A stretch of DNA of 64,000 nt. It comes from Scyliorhinus canicula (Eukaryota). The position numbers were made by a program, and so were the translations under genes. Positions 12,195 to 23,786 of the stretch are shown here, one piece after another. Position 1 is the stretch's first letter, and each line of letters begins with the position of its first letter. Below the pieces are notes generated by a model that saw nothing but the letters and a program-made list of their open reading frames with translations, was not told where the DNA came from and did not search any database. The stretch spans positions 8,449,941 through 8,513,940 of the forward strand of contig NC_052175.1 of assembly GCF_902713615.1 (NCBI RefSeq), written 5' to 3'.

Positions 12195-14345
12195 GACATA
12201 ACAAAGAACAACAAAGAAATAAGAAAAGTACAGCACAGGAACAGGCCCTTCGCACCTCCAAGCCTGTGCCGACCATGCTGCCCGTCGAAACTAATATCTT
12301 CTACACTTCTGGTGTCCGCATCACTCTATTCCCATCCTATTCATGTCTTTGTCAAGATGTCCCTTAAACGTCACGATCGTCCCTTCCTCCACCACATCCT
12401 CCGGCAGCGAGTTCCAGGCACCCACTAACCTCTGTGTAAAACATTGCCTCGTTCATATCAGCTAAACTTTGCACCTCGCACTTTAAACCTATACGCCCCA
12501 GTAATTGACCCCTCTACCCTGGGAAAAAGCCTCTGACTATCCACTCTATCTGTGCCTCTCATAATTTTGTAGACCTCTATCAGGTCGCCCAACAACCTCC
12601 GTCGTTCCAGTGAGAACAAACCAAGTTTAATCAACCTCTCCTCAAAGCTAATGCCCGCCATACCAGGCAACATCCTGGTAAAGCTCTTCTGCACCCTCTC
12701 TGAAGCCTCCACATCCTTCTACGACCTGGCCGGGCTCATTCCCCTATTTCAGTTTCAGTATAGCCCCTTCTCTAGTTGGACAATCTGCATATTGTTTTCA
12801 GAAGCCCTCCTGGATGCTCCTTACACACTCTGACCCATCCAAGTCCCTAGCACTAAGTGCGTCCCAGTCAATATTGGGGAAGTTAAAGTCTCCCATCACA
12901 AACTTGTAGCTTTTACTCCTTTCCAAAATATGTCACCCCGCTATCTCCAGCTGGCAGTTGGGTGGCCTGTAATAAACCCCCAACATTGTGACTGCACCCT
13001 TCATATTCCTGACCTCAACCCATGTAGCCTCGCTTCCCTCTGAGTTGTCGTCCGGCAGTATAGCTGTGAGATTCTCCCTTACCAGTTGCGCAACACCTTT
13101 ACCCCTTTCACAACCCCCTGTGTCCCGCCTGAAACATCTATATCCTGGAACGTTTAGCTGCCAATCCTGTCCGTCCCTGAACTAGGTCTCTGAAATGGCA
13201 ACAACATCATAGTTCCAATTGCTAATCCAAGCTCTAACTTTATCTGCCTTACCTCTTATACTTCTTGCATTAAAACATATGCACCTCTGCCTCCAATCTA
13301 TTTTCTTCAGTTCCCCCCTAATATTGTTATAATTAGCCTTCCCCCAATTCAGCACATTCACCCTAGCACCACTCTTATCCTTGTCCACCAGCACTTTAAA
13401 ACTAACTGAATTGTGGTCACTTTTCCCGAAATATTCCCCTACTGAAGCTTCTACCACCTGGCCGGGCCCAGTCCCCAATACCAGGTCCAGTACAGTCCCT
13501 TACCTAGTTGGACTATCTACATAGTGTTTTAAGCACACCTCCTGAAAGCTCCTTACAAACTGTGCCCCGACCAAACCCCCAGCACTAAGTGAGTCCCAGT
13601 CAATATTGGGGAAGTTAAAGTCTCCCATCACAATAACCCTGTTGCTTTTACTCCTTTCCAAAATTTGTCTACATATCTGCTCCTCTATATCCCGCTGGCT
13701 GTTGGGTGCCCTGGAGCAAGCCCCCAACATTGTGACTGCACCCTCCTTATTACTGATCTCTACCATATAGCCTTGCTGCCCTCTGCGGTGACCTCCCACA
13801 GCACTGCTGTGACATTCTCCCTAACCAGTCACCCAACTCCTCCACCCTCTTTACATTCCCCTCTATCCCGCCTGAAACATCTAAATCCTGGAACGTTTAG
13901 CTGTCAATCCCGTCCTTCCCTCAACCAGGTCTCTGTAATGGCAACATCATAGTTCCAAGTACTAATCCAAGCTCGAACTTTATGTGCCATACCTGTTACT
14001 TCTATCATTAAAATATATGCACTTCAGGCCACCAGACCCGCTGTTTTCAGCAACATCTCCCTGTCTGCTCTTTCTCAGAGCCATACTGGCCCTATTCCCT
14101 AGTTCAACCTTTTCACATTCTGACCAATTGCTACCACCCCCATGCCATACTAGTTTAAACCCGCCTGTGTCAGACTAGCAAACCTCGCGGCCAGGATATT
14201 TAAGCCTCTCCAGTTTAGATGCAACCCGTCTTTCTTATACAGGTCACACCTGGCCCGGAAGAACTCCCAGTGGTCCAGATAACGGAAACCCTCCCTCCTG
14301 CACCAGCTGTTTAACCACGTGTTTAGCTGCTCTATCTTCCTATTT
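12195..14345 (-). mobile_element. Rearranged CR1: ORF1 C-terminus, two endonuclease segments, then 3' end
   Basis: ORF1 SGNH end (WCRREGFRYLDHW...DGLHLN), two GDFNFPNIDW blocks (~12870, ~13600), RVQKSFTRMLPG C-terminus and tail at ~12200. Confidence 0.88.
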
Positions 14346-14490
14346 CTGTGCGTGTCTTTGCATGTGTGTCTGCGTGTGTTTGCGTGAATGTGTCTGTGTG
14401 TGTTTGGCTGTGTTTGTGACTGTTGTTGTGTGTTTGTGTCTGTTTGAATGTGTGTCTGTGTGTGTGTTTGTGTGTGTTCTTGTTGTGTGA
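14346..14490. repeat. Degenerate (TG)n microsatellite
   Basis: Visible directly; explains the QTHT run in ORF 14150-14695. Confidence 0.9.
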
Positions 14491-15112
14491 GGCTCACGTA
14501 AATATTCAGTGGTGCGGTGTGGTGGTTGTTAGCCATGGGTGATGGGCTTCCTTTTAATTTATCGTCTTTTCGACCAAACAGTGTGTTGAATAAGGAAATG
14601 GAAACAGCGCATTCCTCTTCACTCTGGACAAGAGCACAATTTGCCCCTGTTTGTGAACTGAGCCATTTATTGGACCCCTTCCCAGGACCGATCACCTTAT
14701 TCAGGTGAACATGTTCAAACTTTGTAAAGTAAAAGTTATCACAATAAAACCAGCAAGTGCATAAAGATTGCCGTTAATGAGTCGAACATTTTGTTGAATA
14801 TGGTATTCGATATCATACAATCCTTTTTATTGATAAAGGAATATAATATAAGAGCAAATAGGTTGTGTACAACTTGTGAAAGTCTGCGCTGGAGTATTGT
14901 GTCCATTTCTGGGCACCGCAGTTCAGGAAGGGTTTGAAGGTACTACATAGAGAACAGAAAGGATTCATCTAAATGTTCCAGTGCTGAGCATCTACAGTAA
15001 TTTGTGGAGATTGAAGACATTAGGTGGGTTTTCCTTGGAGAAGAGAAGTTTCAGAGCAGATTTGATGGAGATATCCAGAATCATGAGTAATATAGTGGAG
15101 ATTGGAGGATGG

Positions 15113-15462
15113 GGGGCACGGTGGCATAGTGATTAGCACGGTTGGTTTACAGCTCCAGGAAGCCAGGTTCGATTCCTGGCTTGGATTATTGTCTGTGTGG
15201 ATTTTGCAATTTCTCCCCGTGTGAGCGTGGGTTTCCTCCAGGTGCTCCAGTTTCCTCCCACAGTCCAAAACAGTGCAGGTTAGGTGGATTGGCCATGGTA
15301 GGTCGCCCTTAGTGTCCAAAAAAGGTTGCGTTGGGTGGGGTTACTGTGTTACAGGGATAGGGTGGGGGTGTGGGCTCAGGTAGGGTGCTCTTTCCAAGGG
15401 CCGGACCAGAAACGATGGGCCGAGTAGACTAATTCTGCTCCTCTGTCTTATGGTCTTCTGAT
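15113..15462 (+). mobile_element. HE1-like V-SINE
   Basis: Full head, core and tail similar to the other copies. Confidence 0.88.
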
Positions 15463-15699
15463 GGACAGGAAATGTTTCCATTGGAGAAAGATTGAGAGTG
15501 AGTCGCTCACTAGAGGGCGGGCATTGGCTGGACATGGCGGATTGGCCGAGGTAACGGGCGGAGGTCGAAGATTCGTTCATGAGACTGAACGACAGAGTTC
15601 AGACACCCTGGTAGATTGAGGTGGATCGCCGATTGAGATCCCCGATCCTCCTGCGTCTCAGGGGATAAAGTGAGTGGCTGGACCAGCTGCCATTCAGCA

Positions 15700-16975
15700 G
15701 ACAAAATCTCTGATTGGCGGCGATGGCTGGCAGTTAGCGGGTGGAGCCTCAGATGACGGTTGTCAGTCAGCGGACACAATCTCTGATTGGCTGCGGCGGC
15801 TGTCAGCCAGCGGGTGGAATCTCTGATTGGTTGAGGCGGCTGTCAGTCAGCGGGTGAAATGCGGTGGCACAGTGTTTGGCACTGCAGCCTCACAGCTCCA
15901 GGGACCAGTGTTCAAATCCCGCCTCCGGTCACTGTCTGCGCGGAGTTCACACCTCCCCGTGTGTGCGTGGGTTTCCTCCCAGTGCTCCGATTTCCTCACA
16001 GTCCAAAGATGTGCAGTTTAGGTGGATTCTCCATGCTAAATTGCCCCTTAGTGTCCAAAAGGTTGGGTAGGTGTCCTGGGTTACGGGGTTAGGGTGGAGG
16101 TGTGGGCTTAAGTAGGGTCCTCTTTTAAAGGGCCGGTGCACACTCGATGTGCCAAATGGCCTCCTTCTGCGCTGTCGGAATTCTATGATCTCCGCTTCGC
16201 TGCAGGTTAACAAGCAGCTGACAGAATATCTGATTGGTTGCGTTGTCCGCCATTCACCGGGCGGAATTTCTGATTGGCTACGGCGGCTGTATGGCAGCGG
16301 CTTGTACCGCTAATTGGTTAAGGCGGCTGTCAATTTGCGGATGGAAACTCTGATTGGCAGAGGCGTGTCTTAGCCTGAAGCCGGGCTCCCCGACTGGCTG
16401 TGTTGGCTGTCAGGCTGAAAGCGGAGGCTCAGATGAATGAGCCTTCCAGTCGGCAGTATTCCGAGCTCTTTGATTGGCTGTGGCAGCTCAATGTCTGAAA
16501 GCGGAGTGTCGGATTAGCTTTAAGTTCTGTCAGTCAGTATTCCGCTTTCCCTGATTGGATTATCCAGATGTCTCTAAGCGGGCTGGGTCGACGGTGTTGC
16601 CAGTCAGGATGAACGACCTCTGATTGGCAGAGGGGCTGGTACACAGGCGATGAATCTTCGTGATTGGCTCGGGGTTGTCAATCAGCGGCGGGGGCTTCTG
16701 ATGGGCTATGTGGCTGTCAGTGATATGAGCTCCAGATTGGATGAGAGACTGTCAGCGACTGGAGCTCCTGTTTAGAGTAAGTGCTGTAATTTACTAGCTT
16801 GCGTTCCTGATACGGCAAGGGGCTGAAACTCCACGGCTGGTTTTCCTCATTGGTTGAGAGACTGTCCGTCAAGGGCTAGAGCTCCTGATTGCCTGAGTGG
16901 CTGACAGACAATGGTTAGTTCCTGATTAGCTGAGAGGCTGTCAGTCAGCGTTTTCGGCTCCTGATTAGCTGAGTT
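15700..16975. repeat. About 40-bp degenerate tandem array, each unit carrying CTGATTGG (reverse CCAAT) and TGTCA
   Basis: Exact 40-bp period at 15781/15821 (ctctgattggctgcggcggctgtcagccagcgggtggaat); about 20 units, interrupted by a SINE. Confidence 0.85.
15861..16190 (+). mobile_element. HE1-like V-SINE inside the CCAAT array
   Basis: SINE consensus; counterpart at 46087-46412 on the opposite strand at the matching position. Confidence 0.88.
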
Positions 16976-16979
16976 ACTT

Positions 16980-17850
16980 TTATTTGCCCATTATTTTAAT
17001 AATTGCCGTAACCGGATATTTCACAGCGATCTTGATCTGCTCACTGAAACTGGCCTGAGTCACCACATAAATAAATGTGTTTGTGCAACAATTTAATTCC
17101 TGCAGCATCCATCCGACGTGTTGTAAATTGTATTGAGCATATGTGAGGGAACAAAATCAGCCAAATCCAAATAGAAAACTTTAATAAGAGACAGGGTCCA
17201 GAGGAGAATGAAAGTTACGGAGATGCTGAAGAGTAAAACGATTGATTTCCTTCTGCTCTCCATATCCGGGTCACTACGATTGTCTCCGTGACTCTGAGCC
17301 CTCAGTGCCTTCCGGACACGAATGGTGAGTAAAATGTGTCTGACTGTCAGAGCGTTGATCAACAGGATTAAACCGAATAGTATCAATGGGGTTAAAACTT
17401 GAGAAAATCAGTTAAATACAACCCACACGGGGTCAGTGTAAAAGCTGCTCTTTGTCAGACGGAGTGATTGGACAGAGTCGATTATCTTTGCAGGTTCCTT
17501 TGTAAAGTACTGGGGATGTTTTTTCTACAGAGCAGGAGGCCGCTTGTTGACAGAACCACAGCCGCAGTTTTCCCGGTGCAATATTTAGTTTTCAGATTCT
17601 GGCAGCGAATGGATACAAATGGATTAAATGAGAAAGTGAGGGTGAACCAGACAGAACAGTCCCTGGCTGTAGACAAAAGGACAGCTCGGACCAAACACAC
17701 AGCGGTCAGGTCCAAGAAATTCCAGGGGAAATAATAATAATTGATCATGTTCAGTATGGGGTTCGTGATAATAAACAGCAGATCCGCCGTTTGTACAGGT
17801 AGAGAGGCCACAATTTCCCCGATATAGATTTGCAATTCTGAGTAAATTTG
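16980..17850 (-). pseudogene. GPR139-like class A GPCR pseudogene copy 1, main coding exon (TM1 end to TM7)
   Basis: Acceptor cgacag| then ANLLRIANLYRGNCGLSTC; ADLL; DCSVWFT..F; KTKYCTGK; NIP; DPDMESRRKSIVLLFSIS; NCCTNTFIYVVTQ..F; stop at 16980-16982. Several frameshifts, an in-frame stop and a deletion of the TRYLVAM region. Exon 1 not found. Confidence 0.88.
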
Positions 17851-18544
17851 CTGTCGAAAAAATAAGGGAGAATAGCCTAGAAATTACTAATTAAACATTC
17901 TCCATGCATGAAACGGGACAGGATTTCAGCATCCATAAAATGGACAGTGGGTGGGTGAGGGCTTGGTCGGGGAGTGAGGACAGAGATTAACATTGCAGAG
18001 AGGGAAGGAGCAAATGCAATCCAACCGTTTCAGTCGGGGGACGGGAAAAAGTGTGAATTGCAGCCCTGTCAAATTGATGTCAGTGGTAGGAAAAGTTTCA
18101 AAATTCAAATAACTTTGGGAGAGGTTTCATTTCTCATTGAGCCTGATTTACAGGGTTAAATCAGACTGGCCTGGCCCAACATACCTAGTGATTGTCATGT
18201 CTCCTCAATGCAAATAATTTGACCACACTGTGCATTGGACAGTTCCCTGTTCTGGATTCCTGATGGATTTGCACACCATGCCTTGATTTTTGCAATCATA
18301 CATTATGATTGTAAAAACAAAAAAACAAGCGCAGGATCTTCCAAGTTCATAATCCTGAACGAATGGAGCCTAACCAGTTTCCAGAACATTCTCAGGACAG
18401 ACATTTCCCATGTTCAAACAGTCGTCTTGTACCTTCCCTCAGGAATAAGCCAGTGCCATATTCTGAACATCGCCACATTAGGCTATTCACAGGAATACAT
18501 CCTCTCCAAGTTGGGAAACAATAACAGGCACGCATTTCTCAGGC

Positions 18545-18950
18545 TTAATAGATTCGGAGTGTCTTAATTAGAAATATGGAGATTGAGGGATGACCTGATA
18601 GAGGTTCACAAGACTATGAGCCCATGGATAGAGTGGATGAGCAGGCACTCTTTCCCAGGGTGGAGGGGTCAGTCTCCATTGGGCTTAGGTTTAAGGTGCG
18701 TGGGACAATGTTTAGTGGAGTTGTGCGAGACATGTTTTTCACGCACATGGTAGTAAGTTGTCAGGGGATGTTGTGGAGGCAGATAACGTATCGTCTTTCA
18801 AAAGGCATCTCAACAAATACATGGATAGCATTTCAATCGAGCGATACGGCACTATGAATGCTGAGGGTCTCGGCCAAGGAAGGTATTATGACCCGGAGAA
18901 GCCTAGAGGGCCGAAGGGCCTGATCCTGTGCCGTATTGTTCTTAGTTCTT
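18545..18950 (+). mobile_element. CR1 3' end fragment in the GPCR copy 1 intron
   Basis: DRVDEQALFPRVEGS..RFKVRG; SFKRHLNKYMD; ggccgaagggcctg tail. Confidence 0.88.
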
Positions 18951-19079
18951 TGTTCTTTCATATTTCCTTTCTGGCATTCGACATTTCCCAAGGTTCACTT
19001 TACCGGAATAGACTTTCTGCAGAACCCATTGGATTCGATTAAAAAGATGGCATATTCCTAAAATAATGGCGTTGTGATA

Positions 19080-21360
19080 GAGGACTAAGTTCTGAGTATG
19101 ACCTTGTTGAACTTAAAGTTGAGTCCAGAGGCCTGTAACATCCTAATTGGAGGATGCGATGTTGCTCCTCCTGCTTGCGTGCACTGGAAAGACTCGTTGG
19201 CATAAGAACAAGGTGCTGAGTTAAAATGGCAGCAACAGGAAGTTAGGGGTAATGCTTGTCGGCTGAGTGAAGGTGTTCCGCAAACAGGTCACGCAGTCTG
19301 CATTTAATCTCCTCAATGTCGAGGATACGGTATTGGGAGCGGGGAATGCAGGCAACCAAATTGAAAGAAACAGGAGTGAAACGCTGCATCACCAGAAAGG
19401 AGAATTTGCTGCCCAGATTCATGGGACGGGAGGAGGTAAAGGGACAGTTGTTGAACCGTCTGCGACTGCACGGGAAGTTGTCGTGCGAAGGGGAAGTGGT
19501 GTTGTGTGTTATGGAGAATTGGAAAAGGGTGTCAAATAATAAGCGGTACCTGAGGGTTGCAAAAAACGTGCGGTGTTGTTGGAAAGAGGGGAACAAAGAG
19601 GAGAATATTTTTTAATGTGGAAGCCGGTACTGTGGAAAGTGGGAATAGGGGACCTTATCTTGTTTCCGGGAGGGGAGTGGGGTTTGTGAGGGAAGATGTG
19701 CGAGAAGTTAAGTGAACACGGGGTTGAGAGCCCTGTCAGCAAAAAGCGAGGTGATGTGGGAAATATCGGTTAAGGAAAAGGCAGACATGCCATGAGGGCT
19801 ATTTTCGAACATGGCATCAGCTGAACAGAGGCGATGCAGGCGGATAAAACTTGTGAATGGAATTCATTGCTTACCGAAAGCAGAGTGTGAGGATCTGTAA
19901 ACGAGGTAGCTGAGGGTTCGGTGAGCATGTAATGATTTTATATGGTCAGTCTATCGCTGGAAGTGGTGACATATAGGTAAAAGAAGGGAACTGTGGCGAA
20001 AGACACTGTAAAGGTGCGAGGAAGGTGGAAATTGGAAGCAAATTGATTCAGGTTTCAGTTCCAGACAGAGACATAGAACATAGAACAGTACAGCACAGAA
20101 CAGGCCCTTCGGCCCTCGATGTTGTGCCGAGCCATGATCACCTTACTCAAACCCACGTATCCACCCTATACCCGTAACCCAACAACCCCCCACTTAACCT
20201 TACTTTTTTAGGACACTACGGGCAATTTACCATGGCCAATCCACCTAACCCGCACATCTTTGGACTGTGGGAGGAAACCGGAGCACCCGGAGGAAACCCA
20301 CGCACACACGGGGAGGACGTGCAGACTCCGCACAGACAGTGACCCAGCCGGGAATCGAACCTGGGACCCTGGAGCTGAAAAGCATTTATGCTAACCACCA
20401 TGCTACCGTGCTGCCCTAACATGAAGTACATGAAGTGTCACCAATACAGTCATCATTGCAACAGAATCTGAGTTGTGGGGTGGCGGGCGGGAGGGGGAGT
20501 GGAGAAGAACATGAACAAAGAGTGTTCTACATAAACCACAAAAAGACAGATATAGCCGTTCCCAAGAGTGCACCCACGACCACAGCTTTTATCGGCAGGG
20601 AGTGAGACAAGTCTAAGGAGAAATTATTGAGTGACTGTACAATTTCAGAAAGGAAGAGAAATTCACGGAATGTTCGGGCCTCGGATCAAGGTGGGAACTC
20701 CCAAACCCTCCTACTGGAACGGAGGTGTCGAGGGATTGGACAAACGCTAAAACGTTTAAACGGTTAGGGTCAGGGAAATGGACCGTGTTTGTATGAAATA
20801 CAGCACCAGCCGAATCCGGAATGTCGGTGGGAATCAAGTTAGGAAGAAATGAGTTTGGTGGGACTGGAAGAGGCCGAACTAATGGGTCTTCTCGGACAGT
20901 CGTCTTTTGTGGATCTTGGGAAAGACGTAGGAGCGGAAGGGTCATGCAGGATGTGTGGGGTTGCTGGGCTATGACGCCAGAGCCGGGGGACTGAAGACTT
21001 CCAGAATCGATGAGGTCTGCAACAGTCCTGGAAATAGTATCATGATGTTTGGTGATGGGGTCCTGGTCTGGGGAAAGTAGTAGAATGTGCCTGAGAGTTG
21101 GTACTCAGCCTCTGTGAGGAAGAGTTCAGTACGCTAGAAAATAATGTTACCATCATTGTGAGCAGCTTAGATAACCAGGTCAAGGTTGGATATTAAAGAT
21201 AGGACTGCAGCAGGTTCACAGAGAGACAGTCGAGAGTGCATGGGTGGGGCAGAGAAATTGAGAAGGTCGATGTTGCAATGACAGATCTCAATGAGACGAT
21301 AAAGAGCAGATCGGAAGCCAGAGTGTGGGGTCCAGGTAGAGGGAGAATACTGGAGGCGGA
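19080..21360 (-). mobile_element. Degenerate Penelope-like element (RT-proximal region plus GIY-YIG endonuclease)
   Basis: FPCSRRRFNNCPFT...NLVACI...IEEIKCRLRDLFAEHL (GIY-YIG); EAEYQLS..YY..QDP-like N-terminal region near 21000-21150. Confidence 0.8.
20071..20416 (-). mobile_element. Young HE1-like V-SINE
   Basis: Near-identical to the copies at 23417, 29727, 49063 and 58039; (tagaaca)n tail. Confidence 0.95.
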
Positions 21361-21559
21361 TGTATTTCAACCACAGATATTCATAAAATAGGCAGTTTAG
21401 ACAGAAGAGACAATGTTATCTATTTACTAATAAACATCAGGATATTACCAAAGAATTGAAAGGCATCAGTCGGCTTCTGTTATTCTTGAATTTCAAACAG
21501 AAAATAATACAATTCCAGAAGAAATCTCCCAGTCAGGTCAATAAAAGGAAAAAGTGAAA

Positions 21560-22030
21560 TAAAATGATGAGGTAAAAATAGAGTAACACAAAGCATTATA
21601 AATGGTCAGCAGATATTCCAAAGACAACATCATTCCTGACAGATTTGATTGAATAAGTTCAATAACTATCAGAAATTCAAGATTTGATTAGTTTGATAGA
21701 TGTTAAATAATGTGATTGTCTAAAAGCCTTCAGTAAGTTCCGACATAACCGACTCGTGAGTAATGTCGGAGCCAGTGGAGTTCGGGGACAAAGCAGCAGA
21801 ATGGACAGCAAGCTGGAGACAAACACAGAAAACTCAGAGAGGAGTTAAAGTGCTTTGGTCTGATTGGTGAAAGGTGGGAAGTGGTGTTCCACAAGGATTA
21901 GCATTAGGATCACTCTCCTTCACCATTGACATAAACAATATGGAATCGGAAGCAGAATAATAATTAAAGAATTAACAGAAAAAACTAAATTGAGAGTGAC
22001 AGTGAATACAGTGAAAGAATACAACTAAAT
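21560..22030 (+). mobile_element. Old CR1 RT remnant
   Basis: aaagccttcagtaagttccgacataaccgactc (KAFDKVPH-like) and gtggtgttccacaagga (SGVPQG-like). Confidence 0.65.
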
Positions 22031-22479
22031 ACAGTAACAAATTTATAATCATTTATAAACTGTCAAAGTTGGTATTTCAATGGGAAATTAATTTTCCGAC
22101 CGCTAAGTGACCGCTGCTGCATTTGTATCCCAATCACTCCTTGGAAAACAAACCTCTGAATGGACTGGAGGGGTTTCTGGGTTCAGGTGAAAAGCTTCAG
22201 AAATCATTTGAAGCACCAACACCGTTTAAAAACACTTACAAATTGAACAAACATTGAAGGTCATTTCAGGATGAACGGAAATGAGCAAAATATCACAAAA
22301 AATATCAGACTATTGGACTTTTGTGGGTTTTAAATATCAGTGTATGGTATCTGTTTCTGTTGGAACCGTTCAATAGAAAACAGAGATATCGAGATATTCC
22401 ACTTGACACAATAAATATCAAGCCTCTTTACAACACAACTAAAATCTTCCTGCTTTCAATCAAGTCCAAATGTAAAACA

Positions 22480-22662
22480 GAGATACAGAGAGAGACAGAG
22501 ATTGACAGATAAATAGATAGATAGAGAGAGAGAATGTGAGGGTGTGAGGGAGAGAGAGAGGGAGCGTGAGAGATAGAGACTGAGGGAGAGACAGCGTCTC
22601 AGAGAGAGAGAGAGACTGAGACTGGGAGAGCCAGAGAGGGACGGAGAGAGAGAGAGATAGAG
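22480..22662. repeat. (AG)n-rich microsatellite
   Basis: Visible directly; explains ORF 22456-22701. Confidence 0.9.
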
Positions 22663-23416
22663 ATCCATAAGATGGGGCGAACAGTCACCAATACAATACA
22701 TTATTGCATAATAGAACCAATTTATTTCAGTCAGTTATTGACCACATTCAGTTCAATACTGCACTGACAAATACCGCCAGTAATACTTGTTTACTGCCAT
22801 TAGATATTCCACTCTGGTTAGTGATCCATACTGATCTTTCCTTCAGCGGGATTGACACTGACCCTTTCTTTAGAGAGATTGCCTTCATTGAGAACCTACC
22901 TGACATTACACAAGATTCCAGAAAATGTAACAACTTCAGCAGAGGGCAGCAGAGCGGAGCTACAAATTGGCTGTTCCGGGGAGATTTGCATACGTGCAGT
23001 GCGGTCAGCGTAATTTGAACGTGTACTTGTGGAAGAGACCGGAGGTGTTCGAGCGATGGTCAAACATCCAGCAGAGGGCAGCAGAGAGCAGATACTGATT
23101 GGCTGTTCCGGGGAGATTTGTGAAGGGGCTGTTGTCAAGTGACAGTTATACCCGAAACACTTCCTCAGTATTTCCCGTCCGACCTCTTCCTCTAACCAAA
23201 ACAAACAACCGTAGTTGTTGGGAAGGTAAGTTTATCTCTTTAAAAACTTACCTTGAAGGGTGACATCACAGCAAAGCAGTGACCTGATTGGCTGGCAAGA
23301 AAAGTGCTCCAGTTAGCAGTTGCTGGGAGAAATTAACTCTTTGTGTGTGGTGAGTATCGTGCTTGGTAAGTAAAACCTTTATTCCTTTCACTTATTAATT
23401 ATTTGATACTATCTTT

Positions 23417-23755
23417 GGGCAGCAGGGTAGCATGGTGGTTAGCATAAATGCTTCACAGCTCCAGGGTCCCAGGTTCGATTCCCGGCTGGGTCACTGTCTG
23501 TGTGGAGTCTGCACGTCCTCCCCCTGTGTGCGTGGGTTTCCTCCGGGTGCTCCGGTTTCCTCCCACAGTCCAAAGATGTGCGGGTTAGGTGGATTGGCCA
23601 TGCTAAATTGCCCGTAGTGTCCTAATAAAAGTAAGGTTAAGGGGGGGGGGGTGGATACGTGGGTTTGAGTAGGGTGATCATGGCTCGGCACAACATTGAG
23701 GGCCGAAGGGCCTGTTCTGTGCTGTACTGTTCTATGTTCTATGTTCTATGTTCTA
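23417..23755 (+). mobile_element. Young HE1-like V-SINE in the CR1 5' UTR
   Basis: Full-length consensus with (ttctatg)n tail. Confidence 0.95.
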
Positions 23756-23786
23756 TATTTGTAATCAGTCAAAGTAAAGGGTAAAA

